Shown here piece after piece: positions 24,270 to 37,929 of a DNA stretch of 64,000 nucleotides (position 1 is the stretch's first letter; each line of letters starts with the position of its first letter). Below the pieces are notes generated by a model. The model saw nothing but the letters and a program-made list of their open reading frames with translations. It was not told where the DNA came from and ran no database searches. Origin of the DNA: Eledone cirrhosa (taxonomy: Eukaryota); the NCBI GenBank assembly GCA_964016885.1, contig OZ024741.1, forward strand, positions 113,894,001-113,958,000. The letters are read 5' to 3'. A program made the translations under genes and the position numbers.

Positions 24270-25180
24270 AAACAAACCTCCAAACAAAGGAGCCCATCTA
24301 TTAAGCAAGTCTGTCTGCATGAGACAGATAAGATTATGAGAGGAACTCCCTGCATGTTAATCAAAAACTCACACCCAGGGAAATTGCCCAGCAATACCAT
24401 AGTGAATCCATGGATGAAAAGCTGCATGCTTATCAGCAAAAAATCATGCATGGATATGTTGCCAGGAAGCTCCAGAGTGAGAGTAATATAGATAAGCAAA
24501 GTAGTCTATCTTGGACCAACAGCCGCTATATTGGCTTCCACTTTGAAGGATATGCTTTTGCAATCCAAGAACAGGAAATTAACACTTAGAAAACACTTAC
24601 ATGTGACAAATGCAGACTCTGAAGAATTAACATTGATGTCCAAAGATGCCATCAAGGTACTATCTACCTATGAGGCATGATGTAGTGGCCAAAACACTGT
24701 ACAATGCAATCCGTAGAAAAGATAGCCCCGACAATAAACACATTAAAAGCTACAGCAATGTGGAAGACATACACATACATAATATGAAAGAGTACTGGTG
24801 GAATGTTCCAGTAAAAACCCCAATAAAATGCAGGCATAACAGACAAGGTATAATGATATGGGACAGGGAAAAGAAGGCATGCACAGTAGTGGAAGTTAGC
24901 TGCCCAGCAGATGCCAATATAATATCAAAGATTAGCGAAAAGGAGAATATCTATGCAGAACTAATGAGAAATCTACAGATACTCAACCCTGACTATACCT
25001 TCAGATTTATACCTGTGGTTATTGGGGCACTGGGATATATTAGTAACTGCCTCAGTACAAATCTTGAGAAACCAGGCTCCACAAAAATAGAAAGAACATG
25101 ACTAGTTAGAAAATTACAAGTACAATCCATTAATGGAACAGTAAAAATAAGTAAAACATTCCAAAAATTCTGCATCTAAT
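24270..25180 (+). mobile_element. old R4-clade 3' fragment (RLE domain)
   Basis: SRYYLPMRHDVVAK..EYWWN..VVEVSCP..KENIY; degenerate (CATA)-rich flanks. Confidence 0.85.
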
Positions 25181-25339
25181 AACTCCATGTATGCATGTAC
25201 AGATATAAAGCATATACACATGCACACATATAACTCAAAACATACACCTCCACACATACAATAACATCCATATCTACACACACATGCATGCATGCAGACA
25301 TGCAGACATATCAAGAACATACATAAAATGGAAAAGGTG

Positions 25340-26745
25340 TGCACTCCTCTAAAAACCTAAAAGTGAACAGCTTGATGATACAATCTCTATAGTCAGGTGA
25401 CAATTATAGGTATCTTGGACAGAATGAGAATGCTAGATATGATGGATCCATAAAGAAGGAGAAGGCCAGGAATGAATACCTCAGGTGAGTGAAGAGAATA
25501 TGTCACTCACAATTCTCAGTGTACAACAAACACATTACCCATAATACTTTTGCTGTGCCCATCTTAATGCCAACATTTGACCTGCTGAACTGAGCATGAT
25601 GGATGTAAAGACTTGCAAACTGCTCACTGTTACTGGAAACTTTAGCATCAATGATGGTGTTGATAAGCTATATTTCTTAATCAAGGAAGGTGGCCAGAGC
25701 CTAAAATCCATATTAACATCATAGAAGACCCAGATAATAACATTGAAGCAACATCTTCAATAAAAGAAAAGGGTCAGAAACTATTTTGCCCAGGTTTAAA
25801 TAACATTGTTAGGATAGCCATTGATCTAGAGGAGGGGCATGAAATAAAAGCTGACACAGATCTCTGTCCTAGGAATTTGGGAAAACTACTCAATATTAAC
25901 ACAAAATGTTTTAAATGGACCAATTCACTAAGAAGTTTGTACATGGATATTTGAGATGAAAAAACACAGGCCATAGAGGGAATAAACCATACTAAAAGCT
26001 TGACATGGAGTTCTGAAAATTTCATAACACCGCCCATTGAAAGACACCTCCATGAAATCCAGAAACAAATCATCAGTTGACAATAAATGTAGGCTGTGAA
26101 AAACTAAGAGCAAAGATATTAGCCATATTGTTGTCAAATGTAAAAGAATTTCTTCTTCTTACTACTTTCTCATGAGACATGATATGGTAGTCAGAACAAT
26201 CTGGAATACACTACAGAAGAGGAAAATAAAATTAAATAGGGATAAATATGTTGAGACTAATGGCTCAAAGGAATACTGGTGGAATCTAAAAATAAACAAT
26301 GCCACCAAATTAAAGCACAACTGGCCTGATATTATTGGTTGGGACCACACATTAAAAACATGGTCTGTTGTAGAAGTCAGCTGTCCACTTAATGTGGTAA
26401 GAAAAATGCAAGAGAAGGAGGATGTTTGTAGATCCAATATCCAAGATACATGTTCAACTTAATACCTATTATTATTGCAGCTACAGGATATATATCAACC
26501 CACCTGGATCAAAATATAACCGAACTTGGATTTGAGGAGAAAAAAACATAGCTCCATAGTTCATTTTGAAGGTTCTGTATGTCAAGGCTGTGACATACAG
26601 AATCTTCAAAATCTGTAAAACATTCCTATGATTCATAGGATGAAAGCTTACATAACAGACGATAAGAATTTCTTTTTCTTTACAACCTTGCCACAGGGAA
26701 GGTGGCCAGTCAAAAATAAACTCAAAATTAAGAGAAAGAGAGAAC
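25340..26745 (+). mobile_element. older diverged copy of the (CATA)n R4 family
   Basis: collinear with ~7990-9470 including 3'UTR ttacaaccttgccac..gaaggtggcc..aaattaagagaaa-cataca. Confidence 0.88.
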
Positions 26746-27286
26746 ATACATGTAATCATATATAAACATACACATACATGTACAAATAAGTACATAGATT
26801 TGTTCATATATATATATGCCTATAAATATATTCATATATAGATATATGCATACATTTCTATAATACATGCATACATATATGTATAGGCATGTATGTATAT
26901 ATATAAATACATATATCCATACATTCGTAAATACATATATACATTTATTCAATCATTCACAGCCTTCACATATGCATATACATATGTAATGTGCATACAT
27001 ATTTATAGTGAGAGTGAGTGGGGAGTGATGTAGGAAGAAGTAAGAGGGAAGATAGAATGGTGGAACAGAACTTCACTATTTTGCTTGATTTAATCAGTAG
27101 TGTCATTACAGATGAAAGCAAAGAGAAGTGTTTTGCTGAAATTTCATTAGTGAAAAATAACGAGGGTATATTAGAAAATTGTATGGAATGTATCTCATGC
27201 TATTATGCTAGTAGAATTGAAAACAACATTGGCTGCATTACTCCTATTACTACTACCACTACTACTGCTACTAATAATAATAATAA

Positions 27287-28395
27287 TGCTTTCTTTATTA
27301 ACCACAAGGGTTTATACAAAGTAGACATTAAGGACAGTACAGGACAATACAGGACGGTACAAAATGGGCATTTGTGCATGTAAAAAAAAACAAAAAGACA
27401 GAGGATGTAATAAAAAGAACAATGAAAAATTCCCCAATAGTGAGGAGACTTCCGAGGGCCATCGTGGAGAAAGCCCATTAAAAAAAGTCACGGTATCCCT
27501 GACCACCAGGGCAAGTGTCCTCTCCCAGTTTTCCACCTTCAATTTACAGGCATATACTCAGAGTAGGCCCATTCACTCGGACCATTCTTGCCTCTCTCAC
27601 CCATCTTTCAACAAAAAGCTGGGAAGAGAACGCTTCCCTCTCTACCCTGATTTTCCTTTTCAAATGAAATTTGAAAAAGTTAATTAGGGCATCACTGAAG
27701 AGGTAAGTGCTCGTCTTCAGCCCTTTCAAATGCGTCCACCATACTATCACTTTCGCCATGGCCACGAGACAGATAAAAACTGCCTGCCCTTCCCGGCTAA
27801 AGGAAGAGGGCGGGTCAATCCTCACGATGGACTCAGCTGATAGCCAGATCCGTTCTACACGCCACAGCAGGTGTTCGACATAAACCCACAAGTCAGCAAT
27901 GCTCGGACACTGGATGAGTGCATGCAGGACGGTTTCATCGCCCAGCGTGCATCTCGGACATGCCCGGCTGACGGCACTTCCGTGCCTGTAGAGTTTATCC
28001 CAAACTGGCAAAGCTCCTCGGTAGCACTGCCGGGCTAGGGATTTCTGAAAATTGTCCATAGGCCCCGACCCAAAGTCCTTCCGAAGAGATTGGCTAGTTG
28101 ATTTTCGTTGACACCTAGAGTTTCCCCAAGCACATCGTCGCTCTTCCCCTCCACTAATCCTCTATAGAACGCCAAGGTGGAGTTTCCACCGATCACATTG
28201 CCCGATTGGTCGAGGGCCCTGAGCGCTTGAAGACATTCCAGTCTCTAATCGCTGCCTCTCCAGGTGCCGAGCTACAGGCCCACTGACTTTTCCTGGTTGA
28301 TCATTGCTCCTGTCACCGCTTCGTATTCTCTTAGTGTAGTGCCGATCGCCTCGATGTGTTTGCTGTTTGACACCAGTACGGTGACATCGTCCGCA
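27287..28395 (-). mobile_element. Tx1/L1-clade LINE 3' fragment with (ATT)n tail
   Basis: ORF 27544-28059 RGALPV..CPRC..ETVLHALIQC (zf-RVT-like); aataaa before the tail; second copy at 45006-45806; 5' boundary uncertain. Confidence 0.8.
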
Positions 28396-28459
28396 TATTA
28401 TTATTAATAATAATTTCTTTCTCAGCCACGAAGGGCTCACATTAAGCAACCACTCATGA

Positions 28460-31400
28460 TAATAACAATTTAAAAAGCAAAAACAAATAAAACCTTGTGA
28501 CCAAGAAATACCGGGATGGCGGCCGGTGGTGAATAGCTGTGTCTCTAAGGAAGAACGACACCTCTAGTCTTGGTTGACACTCATCCTAGGAGTGGTAACA
28601 CGAAATGATTATCCCTTGGCAGTTAAGGATAAAACGCAACAAAATAAAGCCAATGTCATACCGTATCGGCCGTCACCCGGGTAAAAAAAGTGCCGTGTTC
28701 CTCAGAGAAGAACCAGACTGGGGTCGAAAAATCAGCTAATGGTTCAAACCTACCCATCAATTTGGAGCTTGAGACCTCCCATGGCCCTAAGAAAAAGAGA
28801 GAAAAATGGTCAAGGGAAGACAATAAAGAAGTCCTTGAGGCTTTCTACACTGCCATGTACTACCCATCAAATAGATCGAACACAGAACAGACGTATATCA
28901 ACTGGAAAACGAAACATCCCGAAAACAGAGACTATATTGACAGTAACAAACTAGCTAATATGCGAAGAACTATTGTTAAGAAAAAGTTACTAACTGATAT
29001 AGAAATTGATCAGATCAAGCAATTAGCGCAAATCAATGAAGGGAAAATGAAACATATGCCAGTGAAAATTAGGTAAATTGTAACACTTCAAATCCCAGGG
29101 TTGGGGCGGAATCACTGACAGCAGAACAAATTAAAGAAAGAATCGAAAAAGTGGAAGGAGTGCATGCTCAAGATGAAACTCAAAATGAAAACAATGAGAT
29201 CGTAAATGATAAAGAAATGAATGAGAATGAACTTCCCAACTTGAAGAATGAAATTATGATCGAATGGATGAAAATGAAAGAATCTGACATGGGGGAACGA
29301 GACACCCTCCCTAAGATCCAGAACTCCAAACAGAACCAAAAGATAATACACAAGACTAACATAATTCTCAAAAACATTATCATCACAAATAAACTAAACA
29401 TTACTGATCTAAATCATCTCTATTATGCATCGGCTAAAGTCACCACTCACTTATGTGGAGTGAAAATGAAAAAACAAAGGAATTCCCACAAAAAACCTAC
29501 TTGGCAAGAGAACATCAATCGCCAAATAAACCTTCTCCGATTTGACATAGAAATTTTAGCAAACTACAAAGTAGGTGAACATGTTAAACAAACTAAACTT
29601 AGAAAATTGAAAAGAAAATACAGTATAAAATCAACAAGTGACATAGACATGCTGATAGAAACAATCAAGCAAAAAGTGTCAGCCAAAGCTGCTCGTATAA
29701 AGCACTTGGAAAAACGATCTAGATTCTATACGGACAATAATATGTTCTAAAACAACCAAAGAAACTTCTACAGAAAAATTGGCAAGTCAACAATAACTGC
29801 TAAATCAATACCACCCAATGAGGAAGTGCAAGAATTCTGGGAAAAGATCAGGCCAAAGAAAAAGTTCATAATATACATGCCCCAAAGATAGACAGGCAAA
29901 TGAAAGATACAGCTCACCTTGAGGAACAAACATGGGAAAATATAACAGTTGAACATCTGCGTTTAGCTCTTAGAAAATCCAGCAAATGGAAATCCACAGG
30001 GAAAGACAAAATACCAAATTTTTGGATAAATGCCTTCACAGAGTCTCATGAGCTGTTAGCCCAACTTTACAATGAAATGGTTAAGGTGCTAGAAAAGATA
30101 CCATCATGGCTAATTAACGGCATTACATTCCTACTTCCGAAGAATGATGAGACAAACAATCCCAAAAATTACAAACCAATAACTTGCTTGACCACAATAT
30201 ATAAAATTTTAATATCAGTCCTAACTGAATATACATATGATCACCTGATAACAAATGATCTATTTCCCAATGAGCAGAAAGGGTGTAAACAAGGCTCATA
30301 TGGCTATAAGGATCAGCTTTTGGTTAACAAAATGATACTGGGGATTGTCATAATAGACACAAAAATTTATCAATTGTTTGGATAGATTACAAAAAGCATT
30401 CGATAGTTTGCCACACAGTTGGATTGAAAAGTGTTTAGAAATTTTCAAAATATCTCCCATTGTCAGGAGGTTCCTGTTATTCAGTATGAAGACATGGAAG
30501 CTGGAGAAGTTAATATTAATTGTTGAATTTTTCAGGGTGAAGGAGACAGAATCAAGCAGTCGACAATGATGGAAAGTATAAGCAAGGAATGTTACTACAG
30601 AGTAAGGGCAATCTTAAGAACGGAATTGAATGCAAGGAATAGGATCGATGCCATAAACACGCTTGCCATACCAGTAGAAACTTACAGTCATCAACTGGTC
30701 AAGCACAGAGATCCATAGGCTCAATACAAAAATTAGAAAATTCTTAACCATGCACAGAGTGCATCACCCTAAGGCAGATACAGATAGAATATATCTCCCT
30801 AGGAAAGAAGGAGGACGTGGATTAATCCAGTTAGACATTGCTTTGAAAACTGCAACAATTGGATTATTTACATATTTAAAGGAATCACATGATTGGATGA
30901 TCACACTCGTTTTGAAATATGAAAGCATCAAAAGATCATACTCCATTACAAAAGATGCACAAAGATACAGTAATGAACTACAAATTTCAGAAGTCCCATT
31001 TACTGCTGAAATGAAAAACACAGAAAAAGCAAAGCAGGTAAAAGTAACTGCAAAGAAAGAACTGCTACAGAAACTGGCTAAGAAATGGAAAGAAAAGCCT
31101 CTGTATGGAAAATACCCAGAAAGAGCTCATAATCTTGATGTTGACAAAACTTTAACCCATCAGTGGTTGGCATCCTCTGGACTGAAATCGGAGACTGAAG
31201 GACTGATTATATCAGCACAAGATCAGTGTCTGCCAACAAAAAATTATCAAACCAACATAATAAAAAATGGATGCAACTCATTATGCCGTGTATGTAAAAA
31301 ACAACCAGAGACCATTGATCATATAATTTCAATGTGCAGTCCTATAGCTCCAACCGAATACCTAAACAGGCATGACAGAGCTGCACAATACATACATTGG

Positions 31401-31996
31401 ATAATGTGTAAGCATTTTGACCTGCCCCATCAAAAGAATTGGAGGGAGCATCAACCACCTCCCATACTTGAAAAAGATCACATCTCCAGCTTGTGGGACT
31501 TTAGCATCCAAACAGACCGAAAAATAGATGCAAATAGACCTGATATAATACTGAAGGACTTTAAAAAGAGGGTATGCCTGCTTATTGATATGTCCGTTCC
31601 AATAGACAAGAATGTATCTATAAAAACATTTGAAAAATTGAGCAAGTATAAGGACCTGGAGATAGAAATTGGAAAAGTGTGGAAGTTGAGAACTAAAACA
31701 ACACCAGTGGTTGTAGGTGCTCTAAGAATGATACCAAAGGGGTCTAATGATTACTTATCGCAAATCGCAGGAAATCCGTGTATAGGAGAAATACAAAAGA
31801 TAGTACTAATGGGAACTGCCATTATACTAAGGAAGATTCTGTCAATATAAGTACATCACAAGTCTAAATACCTAAAGATGCATGTGTGTGTATGTATGTT
31901 CTTTCTTGAACATGGCGGACCTTGTTGTCTCTTGAGGTCACTGGTTGTGACTTGGTGATAACTCGTATGAACATAAAGCAAGATAAATGCAACTAT
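28460..31996 (+). mobile_element. second R4/Dong-clade family, near full-length, internal RT deletion, (TAA)n tail
   Basis: WSREDNKEVLEAFY N-terminus, NYKPITCL, QKAFDSLPH, GIFQG-like motif then a jump past the DD motif, CRVC..HIISMC, RHD, NRPDII..IDMSVP..KLSKYKDL. Confidence 0.9.
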
Positions 31997-32003
31997 AATA
32001 ATA

Positions 32004-32185
32004 ATTGTTTAGGCACAAAGCCAGCAATTTGGGGAGAGGGGAAAGTTGATTAAACCACCCCCGTGTATTACTTGTTCTTTATTTATCAACCCCGTAAGGA
32101 TGAAAGGCAAAGCTAACCTCAGTGGGATTTGAACTCAGAACATAAATGGACGTAACTATATACCAAAACATGTTGTCTGATGTAC
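32004..32185 (-). mobile_element. SINE family A (long variant), tail-to-tail with R4
   Basis: aggcacaa..cagcaattt, ccccgtaaggatgaaaggc, gggatttgaactc. Confidence 0.8.
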
Positions 32186-32189
32186 TTTC

Positions 32190-32407
32190 ATTTTCTATAT
32201 ATACTATTATATTCACTAATATATTTTCACAGTAAAAGCTTTACCTCACATAATTATCTCACATAATAACAAATCTATGAGATTTTTATATTTATTTTGA
32301 GAACAATATCTTAATATCACTATGAGTGGCTGGTTACAGCTGATTATAACAGAAAACGGTGAGAGAATTCTGGCCAGATATGGCCAGTTTAAATGCTAAA
32401 GAGTTAA
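32190..32407 (-). mobile_element. piggyBac-type MITE (partial), same family as 47921-48156
   Basis: reverse-complement similarity to 47921-48130; ends taaatgctaaagag-ttaa. Confidence 0.65.
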
Positions 32408-33003
32408 GGTGATTCCAGGGAGAACCCACACACAAAACCTTGGATTACTTTGCTGTCTCATAGGCATTGAAAGTACCCTCTCCCAAAAATCATAGATATT
32501 GTAAGCCTATTCAGCCATGTCAATTTCAACACTCTCACCCATCCTTTAAAAACACACTAGAAGGCAGCACCTCTCTCTCTACACTCACCTTCTTTTTCCT
32601 CTGGTACTTGAAGTTGATGAGGCCTTGGCTAGAGAGAAAGGTTTTTGTCCTCAAATCTTTTAGATATGTCCACCAAACAGCTTCTTTAATCATAGCTACC
32701 AAGTATATTAAAGGTAAATTTAATATAGATATAGCTACAGTTTTTTAATTAGAAACTTTTGATGTAAAAACATAACAGACTATCTTTACGTGTTTTTAGA
32801 GATTATTGTTTCCTCGTCAGAAGATAACTAGTCTTAAGATTCTGCCTAAAGACCAATCTTTATAATACTTACTTTTCATGTTAAGCTGGAGTAGATTATA
32901 TCTAAAACGATCAGTCTAATTTGGACTATGTTCATTCATTTGACAACATAATGAATTAAATAATAAATATTTATACATAATGTGATTTCTTAATAGGTTA
33001 TGG

Positions 33004-34015
33004 ATCATCATCATCATCATCGTTTAACGTCCATCTTCCACGCTTGCATGGGTTTGGACGGGAATTTTCCCACTTGAGGCAAGATTGGTTGTCTTGCTCG
33101 TATAGGACTGTCTGGCGGTTTTCTACGGCTGCATGCCCTTCCTAACACCAACCACGTTTACAGTGTGGACTGGGAGGTTTTTACCGTGTTACCTACACAG
33201 CCACATTACAGCGTGGACTGTGTGTTTTTTTGTCGTGACACCTACACGACCTCATTTATTTCGGACTGGATGTTGTGGTACCAACATAACTTTACATCGA
33301 AAGGGGTGGTGTGGATGGGGTGGGGGTGGTGGGACGGGGTGTATTTTTGTTAGAGGTGCCTACTGACTGTAGGTTTCGCTTTGTACTTAGGTAAGGCGAG
33401 TCTTCTGTATTACTGTGTAGCGCCAAAGATCTCGGTCCAGTGACATTGTCTTGGAGAGGTGTAAGTGTGTGAGGTCGGAATTTATCAGGTCTCCCAGGTT
33501 TTTCTGGGTCTGCCTACTCCGTGGCTACCGTCAATTTTTATCACCCTGCACTTTTTTATACAGCTGCCGTCTTTCATGCGCATCACATGACCATACCAAC
33601 GTAGTCTTCTCTCGAGTAAACAACATCTGATTCCTCTTATTCCTAATTTCTCCCTTAGTTCATTTATGCTTTGCCGTTCACGTATATTACTATTACACAT
33701 CCAGCGGAGCATGCAAGATTCATTCCTCTCTAGTCTGCGTAGATCCACTGCACACAATGCCTAAGTCTCACTGCCATGTAACATTGCTGTTCGTATGCAG
33801 ACATCATACAGCCTGCCTTTCATTTTTAGAGAGAACCCTTTAGCGCCCAATAGTGGTATAAGCTCTCTGAACTTTTTCCATCCCGTTCTGACTCTAGCTA
33901 CTGTACTTTCAGAGCACCCTCCACCACTGCTGATTTTGTCACCCAGGTAACGGAAGGTGTCCACTATTTCTATAGAACCATCTCTGCAATGGATATTGAA
34001 TGATTTTCCTATAAG
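33004..34015 (-). mobile_element. 5'-truncated RTE with composite 3' UTR
   Basis: FRYLGD..MLHGSET..WYGHVMR..GRPRKTW; close relative of 51383-52350. Confidence 0.9.
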
Positions 34016-34519
34016 CAATTGTTCTATCTAAGCTGAGTTATCTCTTCATGGCTTTTGTTAGATTTGTTATTCATAAACTGTAGGGTTTATTTTAATTAAC
34101 CCATTCATCACCATCACCATTTTTCTAATGAAATACATTATATTTAATTGATTAAGAGTTGGAGGGATTTATTAGATTATAAATTATTTCAGTATCAAAA
34201 TGTTATTTATAACATAACTTAAGATGTGTTTATATAAAATTATTTGGAAAGTTTTAATTTAGATAGAAACCCTTTAAAATAGAAGGCTTTTTTTTTTATC
34301 ACAGAACCAAGGTCAGTTTCAGATGGGGTGGCATTAAAAGGGTTTAGGTATCTGCAGCCAAATTCTTTCTTTTCATGCAATATTGTATTTCATGAGAACT
34401 GTCAGATATAATCTCTAATAAGATGGCTGGCTAAATACACACTTACTTTTTCTAAAAAAAACTTTCAGATCTTTCCTCTTCTCACTCTCTATCTTTCAAT
34501 TTCATCTTTTATTTCTCAT

Positions 34520-34562
34520 TCTATCTTCTGATGAAGGACTAGTTTCCGAAACGTAAAATCTC
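34520..34562 (+). ncRNA. minimal type I hammerhead ribozyme motif (Penelope pLTR remnant)
   Basis: tctt-CTGATGA-a-gga ctagtt tcc-GAAACGT-a; flanks homologous to the copy at 60125-60168. Confidence 0.6.
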
Positions 34563-35319
34563 TAGCCCTACTATACCAAGCATTAAACCAATATATTCTT
34601 CGTCGTACTGTGTTGTTTTCTTTGTTATTTCTGTTTACTTCCTGCATAATCTCTAACTACACAATTTTGAAATTTTAAAGGCAGATTTAGTTCAACTATT
34701 TATCAGAAAAACTTATTGTGTGTATCCAGTTTAGGTTAGAAACATCTTCACGCAATACATCCATCATATGAGGTGACTTAAAACATTGGCACCAGGAAGG
34801 GTATCTGGCCATAAAACTTTGCCTCTAAAAGGAACTCATATTGGGTATGAAGTCTGTCATGGAGCCTGCAAGTCTGATTGCTGCTTTAGCAGGGAAAATG
34901 GCCTTGAAACACTACAAGTGTTATATTTTTTTCAACTGGTTTGATTGACTATTATAATGACCTCTAAATGTACAGTTGATGTTTTTGTTCAATATCACTC
35001 AATGTGAATGATATTGACGGATCCTCTGTCAGTTTTGATGATTCACTTTCAGTTATTCAATCAACTAAATGTCTATTTTTGAAATTAATGTATAAAATAC
35101 TGCCTATAATTTACATATATCTTTTTTTAAATCAATAATTTGGAAGGATTTAGTAAGATAATTAACCTTTTTATTAATATGCTTGTGATTTATAAATAAC
35201 TTAAGAAAGGTTTTAACATAACTTTATGATAGATTTTTAGATAATAAAAATGCTTTAAAATAAACAGCATTGTATCATAAAAACTGGAGTTGTTTCAGAG
35301 GGTTAATAAGTTGTCCAGG

Positions 35320-35650
35320 TTATGATTTCAATAAATATAGTCTCATTCTTTCACTGTGTATATTTTTGTTATTTGTAAATTTAGATGCAATAATTGCTTT
35401 TGCACTTGAATTATATGTAATGCTATGTTCAGTCACCTCTTTTGTAACTTCATTGTAGTAACCTGCTATTCTATCTCCTAAGCTTGTGTAATTTAAGATC
35501 ACTCTATTTCATTGTAGTAATCTGTTAGTATATCTCCCATACTTAATAGAAATAGCTCCAATTTATCATTTTCATCTAGATTCATAGCTCTAAGACATCT
35601 TTCAAACTGGATAATAAATTTATCAAAGATTTCTGCAGAATTATTAAACC
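35320..35650 (-). pseudogene. possible decayed Ty3/Gypsy gag fragment
   Basis: FDKFIIQFERCLRAMNLDENDKLELFLLSMGD...KFTNNKNIHSERMRL resembles a retrotransposon gag N-terminus; internal short duplication. Confidence 0.4.
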
Positions 35651-35696
35651 TTTGATTAGGCTGATTATTAAACCTTTCATTATTATTTGAGAACCA

Positions 35697-35887
35697 CGGA
35701 AAGGGCGGTGGATTGGCAGTATCGGTAGAGGGTCGGACGCCATGCTTTCCAGCATAGTTACGTCCCTTTACGATCTGAGTTCAAATCCCGCTGAGGTTGA
35801 CTTTGCCTTCCATCCTTACGGGGTCGATAAAATAAAGTACCAGTAATGCACTGGGTAATTGCTGGCCTTGTGCCTAAAGTAGAAACA
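35697..35887 (+). mobile_element. SINE family A, full-length
   Basis: A-box-like tggcagtatcgg, B box gagttcaaatcc; 18-bp TSD attattatttgagaacca. Confidence 0.93.
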
Positions 35888-36989
35888 ATTATTATTTGAG
35901 AACCATAATCAGTGTCTTTCATTAGAAATATGACAACAAAATAGTTAACAAGTAGAAATACATTAATTGACAAGATGGTTAAGGCTGGATCTGCAATAAC
36001 AGCCTGAGATGCTGAGAAGAGCTGAGAAACTTCTTCTTAGGGAGGCATCAGATAATTATAGGCCCTTCATAGGCTCACCAGATCCCAGACCTATGAACCA
36101 AACTGGTAATAACTACTTAGCCAGTGTAACTATTTGTTGGATAAGTATACCAGGAATTACTCCCTACTATCTTGTTCTCCTCTAAAGGATTTTTTATACA
36201 CTTTTATAGTCTTCCACCTGATATGTAACACTGAAATATTTCAATATTTCAAACATAGGCTCATGTAAACCCAAGTTTTGTGAGTGAAATTGAATAAACT
36301 TAAAATGCTTGAAAGCTCACTGGATGTATTATACCCTAGTTCAAAGGGCTAGCCTTATAACAAACTGTGTCATGCTGAATTTCCCTGAGAAATACATGTC
36401 TGTAGAATACTCAGTTATGTAAATGTTACAACCAGGCCATTCCATTGAAAAAACAATTGAAACACTCATCATCAAAACTGATAGAGTTTCATTCTATTTC
36501 ACTTCAATCATAAAACATTTCTCTGCTATTTTACATGATTAACACTAATAATAAATGTCATAACAGCCCACGTCTTATTTCTTAACCAGCTATCTCAATT
36601 TCCTCAATAATGTGTCATTGTCTGACCTCTTCATTATATATTGTGTCAATCAGTCTAGTTACAAAACACTCTAGGTAGATATATTGACAATAATTCATCC
36701 AATATTCCTCTTCTAAAAGAAGGAAATCTGGTAACAACAGGAAATATAAACTTAAATATTTCAGCTGTTCAATGGAAAGAATCAATGTTTCACACAAAAA
36801 AACACATATAAAGATGTATACATGTACACACACACATATATATATATGCAGACAGATACACACTCGCACACAGATGCAGATCCACATTCATACACACACA
36901 TTTATTCAGACACATACTTCTTCTTGAGTCATCACACTTTCGAATTTAAGCATTCATTTTGTTTTATCTAATGGCTAGAAGATATGTGG

Positions 36990-37215
36990 CTCACCACACC
37001 TGCATCAACATCCACACCAATGATGTTGTCCGAGGGAAAGGCAAGGGCTGATACAGTTTGGCACCAGTGACATTGCAACTCATTTCTACAGCTGAGTAAA
37101 CTGGAGCAGCATGAAATAAAGTGTCTTGCTCAAGGAAACAATGCAACACCCACTCTGAGAATTGAACTAACAACCACCTGATTGCAAGATCAACATTCTA
37201 ACCATTAAGCAATGT
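36990..37215 (-). mobile_element. tRNA-derived SINE (family C)
   Basis: minus strand ttaatggttag..tagttcaattctc head, ccttgagcaagacactttatttc..ctccagtttactcagctgtagaaatgag body. Confidence 0.75.
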
Positions 37216-37549
37216 ACACCAACAGACAAACACAGGCAGATACACACATATGTATACACACATGCACAAAACATACAAACAGGTATACATATATACATGC
37301 AAACATATGAACATATGCATATATACAAACACCTGCATACATGTACATATATTCAAATACATACATAAATATCTAAACATACAAATAAATATACATACAC
37401 TCACATACATATGAATACATAAATATACAAACATACATGCACATACACCAATCTGCCACCTTTTTCTCAATTCGTTTGCACTCAGCGACTTATATTAATG
37501 AAGAAGACAGCTACAACAACACCACTCATTAACCATAATGACATTGTTG

Positions 37550-37700
37550 ATAATATAGGTGGTAGTGTTGCTGTTGTTGTTGTTTGTGGTGGTGGTCGTG
37601 GTTGTGGTTGTGGTCATGGTTGTGGTGGTGGTAGTGATGATGATGATGGTGATGGTGAAGAGGGTAATGATGAAGACAAAGATGGAGATGACAATGATTC
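37550..37700. repeat. degenerate (GGT/GAT)n microsatellite
   Basis: direct reading. Confidence 0.8.
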
Positions 37701-37929
37701 TTGCTTTTTCTTTGAATTTAATTTCCTTGAGAAAGTCAAAATAATTATCCATTCCAGCAATTATAACACATCTGAGAATACCATAAATATTATTGCAATT
37801 AATTAGCTAAATTTGGTAAATTAAAAAACAGCGCTATCTTTTTGTGTTTTTAATAGTGTCTTAGTTATCAGCATTCTAGAATCTAAAATGGTAAAAATGA
37901 TGTGTTTGAAACACCAAACTTTGCAACAC

